The notes below the pieces were generated by a model, which ran no database searches, was not told the DNA's origin, and saw only the letters and a program-made list of their open reading frames with translations. A DNA stretch of 58,116 bases, counting the filler, from Sphacelaria rigidula (lineage: Eukaryota): the NCBI GenBank assembly GCA_964200075.2. It is 8 parts of 8 records of this genome, joined end to end, with 100 filler letters (N's around TTAATTAATTAA, not from the genome) between each part and the next. Parts side by side here need not be neighbours in the genome. Positions count along the whole stretch, not along the records: positions 1 to 7,177 come from CAXNAA020016119.1; positions 7,278 to 14,454 come from CAXNAA020016120.1; 6 more parts are not named here. One strand, 5' to 3'. How positions within the stretch are numbered: position 1 is the first letter of the stretch; every line of letters begins with the position of its first letter. Shown one piece after another: positions 1-13,134 of the stretch. Position numbers and translations under genes: made by a program.

Positions 1-525
1 ATGGGATGATCGGAACAGTTTGAATGCACAAACGATTAAAAGCCCATAACAGACTTTACTCATGGGACAGAGGAAGTACGTGAAAAAACCATGCCGTACG
101 GATCCTGCGTGGAAAAGATCAATGAATCATTTGTCTTCTGCGACACAGCAGCGGGAAAACTGTGTGTAATTATTGGTGCCGTGCAAATCAACGATACCGA
201 AGATGTTGAGTCGAACCGTACCGTACGAATCACGGGTGCATGGTGTGTTCCTGTCACACGAATAATTCGTGCGGAGCATGGATGTGGACGAGATTTCGCG
301 TGTGGAGAACGTGGAGGAAAACTTGAACACTTCGAGGACTGTACCTCTCCACCCCCCCCCCCCCCTACAGGAGTGCCATAGCCGTCTTCACTCATAAGAT
401 TCACATCAGGCTCACAATAGAACAGCGACTGCATGGAGTACACGATGCAAGGCGAAATTCTACCGTCAAGTGAAAGTCCGTCGACTCCCCGCCTTAATGG
501 AGCTAGACCCCCCCCTGCAACCATG

Positions 526-771
526 CACGGTTAGGACGAATCATCACGACTAAAAATCGCCAAATTCACGATTTCTTCGGCCTGATTGCCCAAGAGGGAG
601 TAAAATGTTGGTCGCTGGTATCCACGCAACTTTTGCGCCATTCCACGCGTCTGGGCTGCGTGTACCTGGGTTGCAACCCTGAAATAAAGCCTAGAGATTG
701 ATTCGTCGCGAGTCGACTCGCTATACTAACACCAAGTAATTTCGAGACGAATTATTATTTGTCCGACCCTC
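526..771. mobile_element. Mutator-like MITE, copy 1
   Basis: Imperfect TIRs CACGGTTAGGACGAATCA / TTATTTGTCCGACCCTC; perfect 9-bp TSD GCAACCATG (517-525, 772-780); reverse-orientation homologue at 16081-16337. Confidence 0.75.
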
Positions 772-1035
772 GCAACCATGCAATTTTCCTGTCGTAACCG
801 TTTGTGTGCGCCATTGACACGGCCATGTATTTCACTCTAATTCCACAGAAGGATAATCCATCATGAAGTTGATTAGGGTGATGTCGAAAAAATCCAAAGT
901 CAACCCATGAACTCACATGAACAGATTTTATTTTCATCCAGATTGCCGCGAATAAACTCGGTCTCAGTGACGGTTCTGGGTTTGGTGCATCCTGCAGCCC
1001 TCCAGAGAGCAGTAGTTGCGCGAATCACATTCTTT

Positions 1036-1172
1036 CACACCCTGGACAAAATAATACAGTAAAAAAATGTACTGCGTACAGTATCGACTGTTGCGCCTAT
1101 TGCAACCGATAATGGATTCGATACTGTACGCAGTACATTTTTGGTACAAAATAATCTATCGTCCAGGGTGTG
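1036..1172. mobile_element. 137-bp MITE with 8-bp TSD (hAT- or P-like)
   Basis: TIR CACACCCTGGAC / GTCCAGGGTGTG; perfect TSD CATTCTTT (1028-1035, 1173-1180); internal 25-bp perfect inverted repeat (1063-1087 / 1118-1142). Confidence 0.75.
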
Positions 1173-1970
1173 CATTCTTTGCATATATCACAAGTGGGGG
1201 GAAATGTGCCGACTATGGCATCGTACGAATCAAAGGTGGGGATAATGTACGTCGAAAACATGTGGCACAAATTGTGAGTGGAAATTGTGTATGAACCATC
1301 ATGTCTTATACGACTCATTGATGGAAACATGTCGGAAAGATTTGTACCGTACGAATCACTTGTGGGGGAAAATTGCTTGAATGAGTCCTACCGTACGAAT
1401 AATGAGTTCAAAACACGCACGGATCATAATTTTTGTACGACTTACGGAATGAATTCGCGCAAATAATGAATATATAAGAATCGATTATGACTTGACTCGT
1501 CCCATGTGTGGGTGTTGTTTCTTTGAAAGGAATTCGGGAAACTGGGTGAATTCACTCGAGGTCGGGAAATCTACGTTGAATGTCTGTTCCTTATCAGAGA
1601 TGACTTTAGCTGGGTGAAACACATACATTTTCACTCATGCCTCCGCACGGCGACAAAAATCATGCATGAGAGAAAATCCTCCTAGTTCAGGAATAGGATG
1701 TTGGCCTTGGCGAGCTGTCGTGTTTTTTAATCGGTCTGCTAAACTATGGAGGGAGAACATATTCACTTGCGACGGGAGATGGATATTTGTGAAGTATGAC
1801 ACGCCTCTTGCGGGTACCGTACACCGTTTTTGTAGGCATCACGCCGCAGTGTAGGAGCAGCCTGTGACTGCAGTGCTTGTGTAATGACCTATAACAAGTG
1901 TGTTTAATTTTTGGATGCACATATACTTCATATATTCCAACTGCTGTACTTTGTACCGAGTCATCACTAG

Positions 1971-2270
<300 letters not shown>

Positions 2271-4605
2271 TGAAGCAGTCGTCACTTGAAAGAATCCTAC
2301 CCAAAAGAGCACGGGAACCCTGTGAACCCCCTTGCTCGCTCCGTTGTCGATTGATTATTGGCCCGCTAAGGCACCACTTGATGGGTTGGTTGATTGATTT
2401 TCGCACACTAAGGGGCCAACTCCGTCAGGGGGTGGTGTTGAAAATATCGTCATCTACCAAAAATGAACCGTAAGGATAGGATCCGACCGCTTCGAACCCA
2501 TCTTTTGACCAATCTTGCGCCACTTCTTCATTGCCAGTCGAGGGTGGATTGAAGCAGGGATGGTGTTATAAAAACGCGATATACCTCATTTTTTTCTCCA
2601 ACGTCAGGGTTCGTCACCACTCATATTTGCTGGTAGCCCCGTCACAACGGGAACACGTACCCTTCATTCACATTGTCTACAGGTGAACGTAGCTCAATAT
2701 TTTTTCTTTGCAACAATGGTACCACAAGTTATAGGGAATTTGTATGGAATTTTGAGAGGGATCATTCTGTCTCAAACAAGGACAAAAAGGGCAAAAAGGG
2801 TAAGAAAAAAAAGCCGAAATTCATCCAAATGATGTATTTTTATCCGCCTCGTTCCTCATCATGCATTTTGATTTGGCACACAGAGCGAACTAGAATGGGC
2901 GCGATGACACGATCACAGGCTTCTCAGCAAATATTCATAGTGGGCTATGAAAAATGAATGACGACGGACGCCTACGTGGACAACAAGGGCAAATCGCGTG
3001 ATTCGCAGTTGCTGCTTTTGAGTGGGTGATTCTGCCCTTTTGGCCTTTTGTCTTTTTTTTGTTTAAGTAATGGGTTGGAACACGCTCAAGTCATATTTTG
3101 CCCGAGATATTTTCGCGGACACGAACCCTTCCTGTAGATGACGACGGCACCCCCACTGACTCCGCACATGACGGAGTGGGAACGTTGGATCACCCAAGCC
3201 CCAGGTTCAGCATGAGTAGGGTAACTTTGCCGGCTCTGACATGTCGCGCATATATCGCAAGAACGTCACGCTAGCGGTCAGAGCGAGTTGGCCATGTAAT
3301 CCATAAAACGCGGTTAAAATCTCCAACGATGGAGGGATTCGGAAGGGTCCGAAATCGCGTTGACTCACCTGAACGCCCCACAGTAGAATAACGACACGCC
3401 ATATTCCGCCGCATTTCCCACACCTGCGCGTAAACGGCACGTTGATTGAAATTCTAACAATCATAATCCAGCCGTGGTCCCACGATAGACGTACCCAAGG
3501 AAACTTGAAACGGAAAAGCTCGCTATTAAGCTGTCAGCAAATGAAAATAGAGGAAGAAGAGTGGACTGGAAATCGAGAAACAGAGCGAACCACGAACGAA
3601 AGTAAGAACCATATATTTTTTTCGAATGAGACGGAGAAAGAAATCAACGCGGGGAAAGTAACAGCAAGGAACATGTAGGGTCGGTCCTGCTAGAAATACG
3701 AAGAAGAATGGCCGGCCCCTGCCATAAGGTTTCAGGGTAGGAGACCGTATAAGATGAGGAGAAAAAACGGGTCATGAGTGCAGGTTCCCACCCAGCTGTC
3801 CGGGAACCACACCGTTGATGGTTGAATATGAATTTTCATATCGAGAAACACATGTTTTGTTCTCATGACCATTTCATGCGAAGTTTTACAAAATGCATGA
3901 ACGTAACATGATTTACGCAGCTGTACACGCGAACTCGACATCATGCGAGGTAAAGATCACCTGCTCGAAAAATGTATGGAGTGGAAGCTGTTCCTAGATG
4001 TGTAGTCATTTTAGCCCGAATAATTCGCAAAGGATATGGGCGTGTTTGTTTCTCCACTACTCAGCTGCGCCCTCTTGGGTGTCATTTGGTGTCGATCAGG
4101 GCGTGCTAAATGGGTCGGTTGAGAATGCACTGAAAATGGCCGTTCGAGTAATACAAATCTCGGCTAGACTCTCGATGTTCCAACGAGGTTTACTGGGTAC
4201 ATCCGTCACTCGCCCGGCTTCTCGGTGGATGTGTGGGTACCACCACAAAAAATGAAAAAATTCCCACAATAGTCCGTTGAGAAATGACCTGTTCACATTG
4301 CTGACACCATTAAGACACCTCGTATGATCCATGAACAGAAGATGTCGGGTTCGAACACCGGGTCCGACGAAAGTGACCGAAAATTCAAGCGGAGACGAAA
4401 AGGAAGTCGTAAGAATGGTGGGGGTCAGAACAACTGGCGCGTGATTTCGAAGCAAAGTTCATCGTCCCGCGGGAAATTCTTCTGTGGGAACTGTTGGCTT
4501 CGGGTCCCAACAAACGTAAAATATACGTGAAGAAAGATTTACATCATCACCGCTAGTCGGCGAAAGAAGATTACCCCTACAGGCCGGTCCGCCGGAGACA
4601 CGCCA

Positions 4606-5246
4606 TTTATTTGCTCAATTTTGGATCGTTTACCATAACATTTTGACATGATGTACATGGTGTACGTGCGAAGATCCAGCCTTTCCTCCCCCTACATTGT
4701 GTTTTCTCTCGCGAGTTATTCACGATTCACTTCCGAAAAGTGTTCTGAAATGTTTAGTCGCCAAAAACACGGGGAAAAGTCGGAGAAAATGTAGGGGGGA
4801 AGATGATTTGGATCTTCGCACATACGTCCTGTACATCGTGTCAAAATTTAACAGAAAAATACCCAAAATTCAGCAGATTAATCGCTTTTTTGTGTCGAGA
4901 CCGGTTCTGATGTGGAGCTGGACTAGCCACGAAAAAGTGAAACACGGTTATGCTGTTCAATTCCAAGTCGTTTTCCACGAAAATTTGACACGATGTGCAT
5001 GAGGTACGGCGTAAGGACCCTGTTGTCCCCACTTGACTTTTTCATTATTTTTCAATGAGTTCTCGACGATTTTGTTCCGAAAAAAAGCGCTCCAAAATTT
5101 CGATTACCAATAACTCACGAGAAGGGAAAAATGAAGAGAGAATGACAGGGGCTTCGCAAATATCTCACGTACATTGTGTCGAAATTTCATGGAGAACGAC
5201 TTGAAATTGAGCAGTGAAATCGCGTTTTCCTGTCGAGAACCGGTTG
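4606..5246. repeat. Four ~95-bp related arms in alternating orientation (double foldback)
   Basis: Arms at ~4606-4698, 4787-4885, 4950-5045 and 5128-5225 share the core GTACATYGTGTCRAAAT or its reverse complement. Confidence 0.65.
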
Positions 5247-7177
5247 ACTTGCTTTTTAGAGGACGAAAACCTCAGCCGAAACTTCGACGTTCCTTGCAAG
5301 CTTTCATCATTCACTGCTCACCGGTACGCACACTAATATACTACTAGACGCCTTGGCGCGCTGGGGGCCTCGTCTGCGTGCCATGTTAGACACTGCGCGC
5401 CTACAGTACGGCATTCATTGTTTTACAGCCACAATTTGTGCAGCATCACTACTTGCGGCTGCGGCACAACTGACTGTGACCGAAAACACGATTTCAGCCG
5501 TTTTTTGCCCTAATTCCGCCGCACATGTCACCCTCAACTCTCTACAATTCGCAGCTGCATACAGTTTGGTATTTTGTTTGATGGGAACTTGTCGGATCGC
5601 AGATCAACGTGGATTGGAACACTTGCTCTGATTCTCATATCACCACGATGTGTTACGGGCATAACTCGTGATACGTTGTCAGGTAGGACGGGCTGAGGGA
5701 AAGTCCGTTTCTCCGGCGGCCCAGCTTGTACAAGTCTCCTCTCGTTGAAAGAGCGTTCGGAGAGGATCATGAAAGGGGATGGTGACGTGGGCACCACCAA
5801 TTATTATTCTTGGTATATTATTATATCCATCACATTAACTCGATCTCTCGAACCTGTGGTCACAGAGTGCAAGGAGTATACCACCCGTACCCATAACACA
5901 AACAGCCCGAGGAAAAAGGCGAGAAACAAAACATCTACACGAAAAGAGGCACCTACACTACCAAAGATCAGTATAAGACCTACTTGTACTGGAATCTAAG
6001 AAGTCCCCGCGTGTGACCTCTCCGACTTCTCTGCCACGTAATGGTGTAAACACAGTGTAGTAACAGCGAGTGAGCCGATAATCGAAACTGTTGCATAAAA
6101 CAGAGACCAATCCCAAAATAAATATGCTCTCAGGAGTGCTGTTCAGAGAGATGCTCCACAGAGCCTGCGCACCGGAGACTGAACAACGCCAGATAAGAAC
6201 ATCCGAAAAAGACAAGAAGGGAAGAGGAAAGACAATTTGATGGCAACGAGGAGGGAAAGCGAGGAACGATGGCCTCCCTCGGGGTTCTGGTCAAATAGCA
6301 TCGTCATTCAAACACAACAGACGAGGCGTTTCTCCCCTACACACGGCATAGCGCTCTCTGCAAAAAACATAATTTGTTCAGAGTGTCCTATAATCAACCA
6401 TGAAAACATGAGATGTCATCTGTGCGTGATATCCACAATAATCTACTGTACCAGAAACCCAACATACAATATTATTCCGCCCTCAACGAAAATTAGCCGC
6501 CTGCTCTGCTCTTCTCCGTTGCAAGGTCCTCTTCGAAGTCGACCTCCAGACGCTCCCAGCTGTCCTCTAAAGCGTCCATGGCCAGCCCAACTGCCCATCC
6601 TCTCCGGTGTCCATGATCCCCAAACAGTGCCCCCTCTGCTTCCTTTCGTGATGAAACACTTCCTCCTTCATTGTGCACTCTGCTTCTGGTCTGTCGCAAG
6701 CTTCTCGTCCAGGAGGCTCAAACAGACCTGACCTGTCCGTCGACGAACGCCCCTCCTCCATCCTTCTCGCCGAAACCAGCCTACACATCGGCACACGCTC
6801 CTTTGTATCAAGGGATTCCGGCCCTACACCCGCCGAGAAGACCCTCTCCACGCCGTACCGACAAAACCGGTCATGGTCTTCGTTGAAAGACGCGGAACGG
6901 AGGTACCATTAGTATTACTATTATTACTACTTCCTCTGTCCTTTAAGTCTGTATCGTTATGGACGTTTAATCGTGTGGGTATTTCGATGCTCACGATCAT
7001 GCTACAGTTGGGCTCGTTAGAGAGATAACATACAGACGAAGCTGACTGAGAAAAAAAGAAAAAAAAAAAAAACTGTTTTCAATATTAGAATCATATCAAA
7101 ATATACCTCATTTTGACCCTTTTGGGTCCACTTATACCCCGATGCTGATCGATTTCGGACGTTTTGACGTCGAGCAC

Positions 7178-7277
7178 NNNNNNNNNNNNNNNNNNNNNNN
7201 NNNNNNNNNNNNNNNNNNNNNTTAATTAATTAANNNNNNNNNNNNNNNNNNNNNNNNNNNNNNNNNNNNNNNNNNNN
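7178..7277. other. Artificial linker N44-TTAATTAATTAA-N44 (also 14455-14554, 21732-21831, 29009-29108, 36286-36385, 43563-43662, 50840-50939)
   Basis: Identical 100-nt spacer every 7,277 bp; 8 x 7177 + 7 x 100 = 58116. Confidence 0.98.
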
Positions 7278-8446
7278 CCCCAAACTCACCTTCCTGTGTT
7301 CATGGGTCTCACCCCATGCCCCCTCCCCCCGAAGAAGCGGAGCCCCCTCTGCCCCCCCCCCCCCCCCCGACTTGCCCCCCCGCACACTTCTTCTCTTAAC
7401 TTCCTTCCTCCCGTACGTAGGGCGGAGGTGCTTGGGTCGAGAGGTAGTGCACGGCTTTCCTCCCACCGCCTCCGCTGGTCCTGCGTTTGAAGTACTCGAT
7501 GATGCATTTCGTTGTTGATTTATTTATTTGATTGATTGTCGCACTTTAAGTGACCCCCAGGGGTCCAGCCGTCGTCTCATGGTAGACGTACCCAGGCAAA
7601 ACGAAACTGAGCTGTTATGCTCTCGAAACGCCCCTGCACGTGCGTTTCTTCTTCAGGATATTCGCATTGCGATAACGATATTGGTTGTGCGGTACAGATA
7701 CAAATGCAACCGAGGCCAAACGGCAAATCTCTCTGTTCACTTTGATCGTCAATGTGCATGAAGCAGCGTAGATAAAATATCCGCGCTCGAGAGCATTGGC
7801 TCCTTCCCCTAAGCGAAGCCCTTTTTTGGCGTGCTGATCAATCGCAGAACCGTGCCTTCACGTCCCTTATGCGTTGTCGTGATCTTCTGGCTTGATGAAA
7901 TTAATTGAGTGGCGTGCCGCACATCCCACCACCCACGCCCCCCCCCACCCCCCCCCTGCCCCCACCCCCGCGAGGACAGCCTGCACGTCCCGCCCTGTGT
8001 CGCNNNNNNNNNNGTCGTGATCTTCTGGCTTGATGAAATTAATTGAGGGGGGGGCCGCACACCCCCCCCCCCCCCCCTCCAAGTGCTTCGTAGTATGGTA
8101 AACGGGGGATACCCAAGATCTAGACGTTTTGCTACGTCGAGACATCCATTTTGTAGATACTTATGTTTTGAGCTGCCGTTACAGGTGACCCAACTGGCGT
8201 ACTGCATGAACACGAAAACAATCATATCCACCGATTACCACGGGAGTCTGGCGGTCACCAGCGAGATCCAGTGCAAACTCAAAGAGGTGGGGGACTATTT
8301 TGTGTAACATGTTGCCGATGTTTGGTGCACACAGGCCAGGACCTCTGCAATATGGTATACCTCCAACGGGCCTCCTTCGCTGCAAACCATCATAACGTAT
8401 CGTACTATTGATGAACTTCTACGACTGTGTTGTGGTTACATGACTT

Positions 8447-9198
8447 CTAACCAACACTACGTACCAATATATTCCTAACAAGGTGGACCGTAAACAGTAT
8501 GTGCTTTTCGAAAACCTGGGCAGAGTCAAAACGTTCAGGGTACTCCATTCGGTGGTTACATTTTCTGTAGGACCGTGCGTTGACGTCACAAACGATGTAT
8601 CTTTTCATGTTCAACATACCCTGTCCGTTGTCGCTTTTCAAATATCTGTGGATTAGATATTGCTTTCTCAACAACCCGGACCACCTCGCAGCAGGTGTTT
8701 CCCTCCGCCCCTTCCGAACGTCACCCATTCCTTGGGTGGTATGGGACGGAAAGCACTTGGATGTACACAACGCAGTCTCGGTGTTGCCCTCTATACCCCT
8801 CGACAGCGAAGCGTCCCACGTGATCACTTTCCCGTCTTCATGCCAACGCGACATGCTTGCACACGTCAGGAATGTTTGAATGTTCCTGCGCTATATGTCC
8901 CCCAAAGTTTCCCAGCTGATAGAGGCACACCCAACCTTGACTCCAACCCCATCCGAAAAACCCAACCGCTGATGATTTGTTCCTGAAATTTCCTACCGCC
9001 CCAAAAAACAAATGTTCGCCGCAGCTTCGACAAGTGACCGATATCCACGGACCCGACATTGCCGTGGCTCACATGGCATATTCCCACCGGCTCAGCAAGA
9101 TCGTCACTTGTGCATCTACAGCGGAGGTGTGGACGGCCGCAATTGAAGCTTGCGGGTTATTGCCGGGGTCATGATAAGTTGGGTTTGGGCACCACCAC
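8447..9198 (-). mobile_element. Possible highly decayed LTR retrotransposon remnant
   Basis: PBS-like TGGTGGTGCCC at 9188-9198 (minus), eroded zinc-knuckle-like CLYQLGNFGGHIAQE, integrase-like YLKSDNGQG. No intact ORF. Confidence 0.25.
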
Positions 9199-9802
9199 GA
9201 TAACGTCTAGAAGGTTACTCTTTGTTTCCGCCGTGTGACTCTCAGCAAGGGTCGTACGTTGGGTGTTCTTGACGAAGCCTACTTTCGAGGTGGGAGTTCT
9301 ACCATGATATATATTTTTATCGCTTTTTGTTGATAACCCGGCGAGAAGATCTAGCGGTAGTCTCGTCGGCGTGCTTCAGTGCTGACTACAAAAGCATGGT
9401 TGAAGCGGACCCCACAATGTAGTGAGAGCATCATCACATGGCCGTGTGTCCGTCCCGCGGTCCATGATGCCGGAAAGCATCAGTGCGCAGAGACGAAAAA
9501 ACGTCCTCGATAGAGCATGCTCTACCTTCGTCAATTGTACCTTGGTTGAGCGAATGAAAGTGCTGTACCCACCGCGCAATAATAGTTTAAGGCGAACATC
9601 AAGGGGTTGCACAGCCATTCTTTGGAACTTGAGGCCACCCGTGGCGAGACTGATGAGGAGGAAACGGAAGGAGGAAACGAAGATGAAAATAACGTGTTTT
9701 TCGCGCGAGCCACAAGCGAAGTACTGCTGCGGGCTCACCGGGTGGCGACTGCACAAACTCTGCGCTCTGGGTTGCGCTCATCCCTGCTCGTGTTTTGTAT
9801 CG

Positions 9803-10043
9803 GACACTTTCCACGATAGCCCCCCCTCCCCAAACACAGCCCAGAAGTGTCGAGAAGAAAATGGTCATACAGGCTGCATGAAGCGCCTCATATTGGCGAT
9901 ATTGGCGAGAACCGACCCAAGTGTGGGAAATCCAAGCTGCTCGGTGTGCTTGCTTTTTTCTATTTCGATTCATGTGAACATTTTGCCTCCCCAAACCAGC
10001 CACGTTTTTGTTTTGGGGGGGGGGGGCTATCGTGGAAAGTGTC
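9803..10043. mobile_element. MITE of the GACACTTTCYACGATAGCCCCC-TIR family, full copy
   Basis: 23-bp perfect TIR; 4-bp TSD ATCG (9799-9802, 10044-10047); homologous to 54792-55039 and to partial copies at ~17050-17212 and 17536-17697. Confidence 0.8.
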
Positions 10044-11401
10044 ATCGTCGCTCCGACTCTGTTTTCTCATGGCTCTGTTGAACGGCTTCCGTGTTCGCGC
10101 GACGATTGCGGGACGCACATAATTTGGCAGCGACCCTGGTACTCAACTGACGACCCTGGTACTCAACTGACGGCCCATGTAGCCTAACGAGTCATTCTAT
10201 TGCCACGTTGGTTCAGTGCGCGGAAACGTGAAATGTTTGTTCACTCACTCGACGGTACAAAATGCATTTAAACGCAGTGCAGGTGCAAAACAAAAACGCA
10301 GGGCGTTGAGATCTTTCCATGACAAAAACCCGTTTCGAGTGATCGACCATAGTATTGTGCGACTTGTAGTATGCCTTCTGCGCTTATAGTACTTGCTCGA
10401 TTCCGTGCACCTGACCTATGCCGATAACGCCACCTCCTTGTGTTTTCTCCCCCACAGATTCGAGTGACGGAATTTGGGAACCTGGGCTGGGTGGCTTCGG
10501 CAGTGCAAACTGCAGGAGAACCGTCTACCGGCCTCGCTTTCCTGGACCGCTGCTCGATCGTGCTCCTCGGGGACCTCACCAGGGTATGGTTTGGATGATG
10601 ACTAAACTCAGCACATACCATTTTCATGTTCGTTTTATCACCGTCGTGTGACCATGCAAACTGTGGCGAGCACTACGGAGACGCTGTCCCTAGTTTTTCC
10701 CCAGCAGCTGCTTTTTGTTTCCACCGGAAAAATCTATTTTGGCATTTGTCGAACATTACATTAGTGATGAGGGCTCTTTAACGCCGTGTCTTCGTGGAGA
10801 GATGGAGAAAAACTGGCCGATGTAGATGTCGACGTTCCGAAAGTCGAGGCAATTACCCAACGGTACCTGTACCACGGCGAAGCAGCGTTGAGCTAGTGAG
10901 CCTGTTATTTTCTGTGGAGCATATAGCATGAGCAATGCGCTCGAGCATACTCTATCTTCATGTCATGTCTCAAACAAATGACACGCTCTTCAGCGTGATG
11001 CAAATGGTTGAGACAACATAAGAGACTAAAGACGCAGGGTGAGCACAAGCAAGAGATCTCGCTACGGTTGGTGGCCCGAGGTAAGGTACGATGACGGCAA
11101 GAGCGGCGACAATATGCCCAGTAAGGCCCAAGCCCGAATACAGAGAGGAACGAAGGTCCAACGTCTATATAATATAATATCACACAATATTTTACCCCGA
11201 AATCTCGGTCCCGTGTGCATCGAAGTCAATGTACTAGGAAGCGTCGATCGGCCATAAAGAAAGGGCGTGATTCCATTGTACTGCCGATTCCGGAAAACTC
11301 TGTATACTTTCTCGCGGGTGAACGTACTTCATTATTCTTCAGTGTTGCTTGACAGCGTTACTTCCACAATTTCACTTTTCCTCCTCCGCCCTCCCTCACA
11401 G

Positions 11402-13134
11402 GCGTGTCTATGGCATTTAAATATGGAAACCTTCAAGATGGTTTGTTTTGCTAAGCTGAGCGTACCTGTGCTGGCACAGGAGCTTCCCATAGACATTCTG
11501 AACTCGGTTGGGGTTCTCAGGTCTGAGCAAGGGTACATCCCTTCGAAACCCGCAGCCGCACAAGAAGCGGCGGCTGCTAGTCCTTGCACAGGTGCGAAAG
11601 TAGTTTCATGTTTACAGAATGCGACCCGTCAAGCGCCACCTTGTTGACACATAAACGTATAACAGCTCATGCACACTCTTGGAACAGCTCATCCGCTGTC
11701 AACATCCAACCCTTTTCAGGCGGGTTATCTCAACCCAGACAAGCGCTACGCGGGTACGTAGAACATCGAACCCCCGCAAAATCAGGACGCACCCGCGAGT
11801 GTGCTTACCACCACTGACAGTGTCTGATGAAGCGGCATCATATTAGATGTTTTCTTACAGCAAACGTAGTGACGTGATGAGACGTACTTTGTGATGACAT
11901 ACCGAGAACTGATCGTTGGAAACCGGCGTGTTCTGTCCGTCATACCGAAACCACACATGTGATGCCCTGTTGGTTAGCCTCTCGTCCTTGTGTCATTGTA
12001 GACATCCCACCCCCTCACCTTCTCAGGTATCATCGTAGCCATCACATCCGTCAATTTGTTTTTCATACTACTCTACTTCATATTCTCATGTGCAGAGTTC
12101 ATGTGGCTGATTAAGGCGAGGGGCAAACTCTTGTCCAGAAAGGATCTCTGAAAGCGCAACCGCAACGACTTGCGTTGCCGCCGTTGTGTTATGGCACACC
12201 AAAGGAACGTTGCAGACGCAATTACGAATGTGCAACATCGACACGGAATCCTGTCAAATGAATACGACGGGGGGGATGGTCGCTAGCGGAGAAAACGCAG
12301 TTGTCGCCTAGCTTCGATGTTTTGGATAGGTTTCCCCGATGCTCCCCGCGATTTTCTTTTTTCCCCACATTGTTCTTTTCCTCTTCTTCATGGCGAGTGC
12401 GTGGTCTCGAGGGACCTATTAACCCATCTCTCCCCAGTACACGCCTCCCATTTTGGTCTTGAGGATCGGGTCAGCACTCCCGCACCGCGCCAAGTATTGT
12501 CAAAGAAACTCAGTCACGTACTTTTTTTGTTCGCCCACGTACTCACGCTTTCGGCGGAGGGACTCAGAAACCTCGGAGAAAAAGCACAAGGCATCGGGAG
12601 TTGAACCCACGTTATCTCCACCCTAACGGTGAAAGTTGGACCATTTTAGTTTACACCCCCCGAGGCGCAATATCACCCTTGTCTCAGCCCAGCCACCGGC
12701 CCGAACAGCGCATACGCCCAACACTTCCCTGACCTATGTACGAGCCTTTAACCCACCACCTACGGCTGCCGACAACGCAGACCAAAAAGCCCTGCACGCC
12801 GTCAGCCGACAAAAATAAGTGCCTCAACTACCCGCCGGTCGCCAATCCTCGCTCCGAAGTTAGTTCCCGGTCATATCTCTGACCCTGCCTCTAACCGTCG
12901 TGTATTCTTCTGATAGATCCCAGCTCCACACCAATAGCCGGCAACAACACTGTCAAAGAACCCTGCACCGGCGCTGGTGCTCCAAGTGACAACAACGCGG
13001 CCGAGCCAGGAGGCGCGGGGTGCTCGGGCGATCAAGGTACGGAAGGCTCCTCTTCGATAAACGAGAGTAATGCATCGGCGGGGGCGGTGAAGGCGGAATC
13101 GATGGAATCAGGACAGGGCTACGATGAAGGGGAG
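11402..13134 (+). CDS. Two putative exons (11402-11591, 12917-13134) of an unknown protein
   Basis: Both have pyrimidine-rich AG acceptors and GT donors, are open, and join in phase 1 (...ASPCT-D-PSSTPIAG...GYDEGE). No recognisable domain. Confidence 0.4.
12380..12668 (-). mobile_element. tRNA-derived SINE, copy 1
   Basis: Minus-strand head GCGCCTCGGGGGGTGT...TTAGGGTGG...GGTTCAACTCC (B box) followed by a ~200-bp body shared with 18805-19126. Confidence 0.7.

Noticed and set aside
2411-3182. Weak inverted termini (CAACTCCGTCA..TCGTCATCTAC / GTAGATGACGA..TGACGGAGTGG)
   Set aside because: Too degenerate, with no TSD or second copy.
6493-6910. Minus-strand ORFs as exons
   Set aside because: No recognisable domain or convincing phase-compatible splice sites.
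7877-8047. ~34-bp direct repeat GTCGTGATCTTCTGGCTTGATGAAATTAATTGAG
   Set aside because: It abuts a 10-N scaffold gap, so it is probably an assembly overlap.
9376-10122. Several 90-220 aa ORFs
   Set aside because: They read through a MITE and have no recognisable homology; likely spurious, like most short ORFs in the track.
12590-12668. Functional tRNA-Pro gene
   Set aside because: No acceptor stem or proper D arm; better explained as a SINE head.
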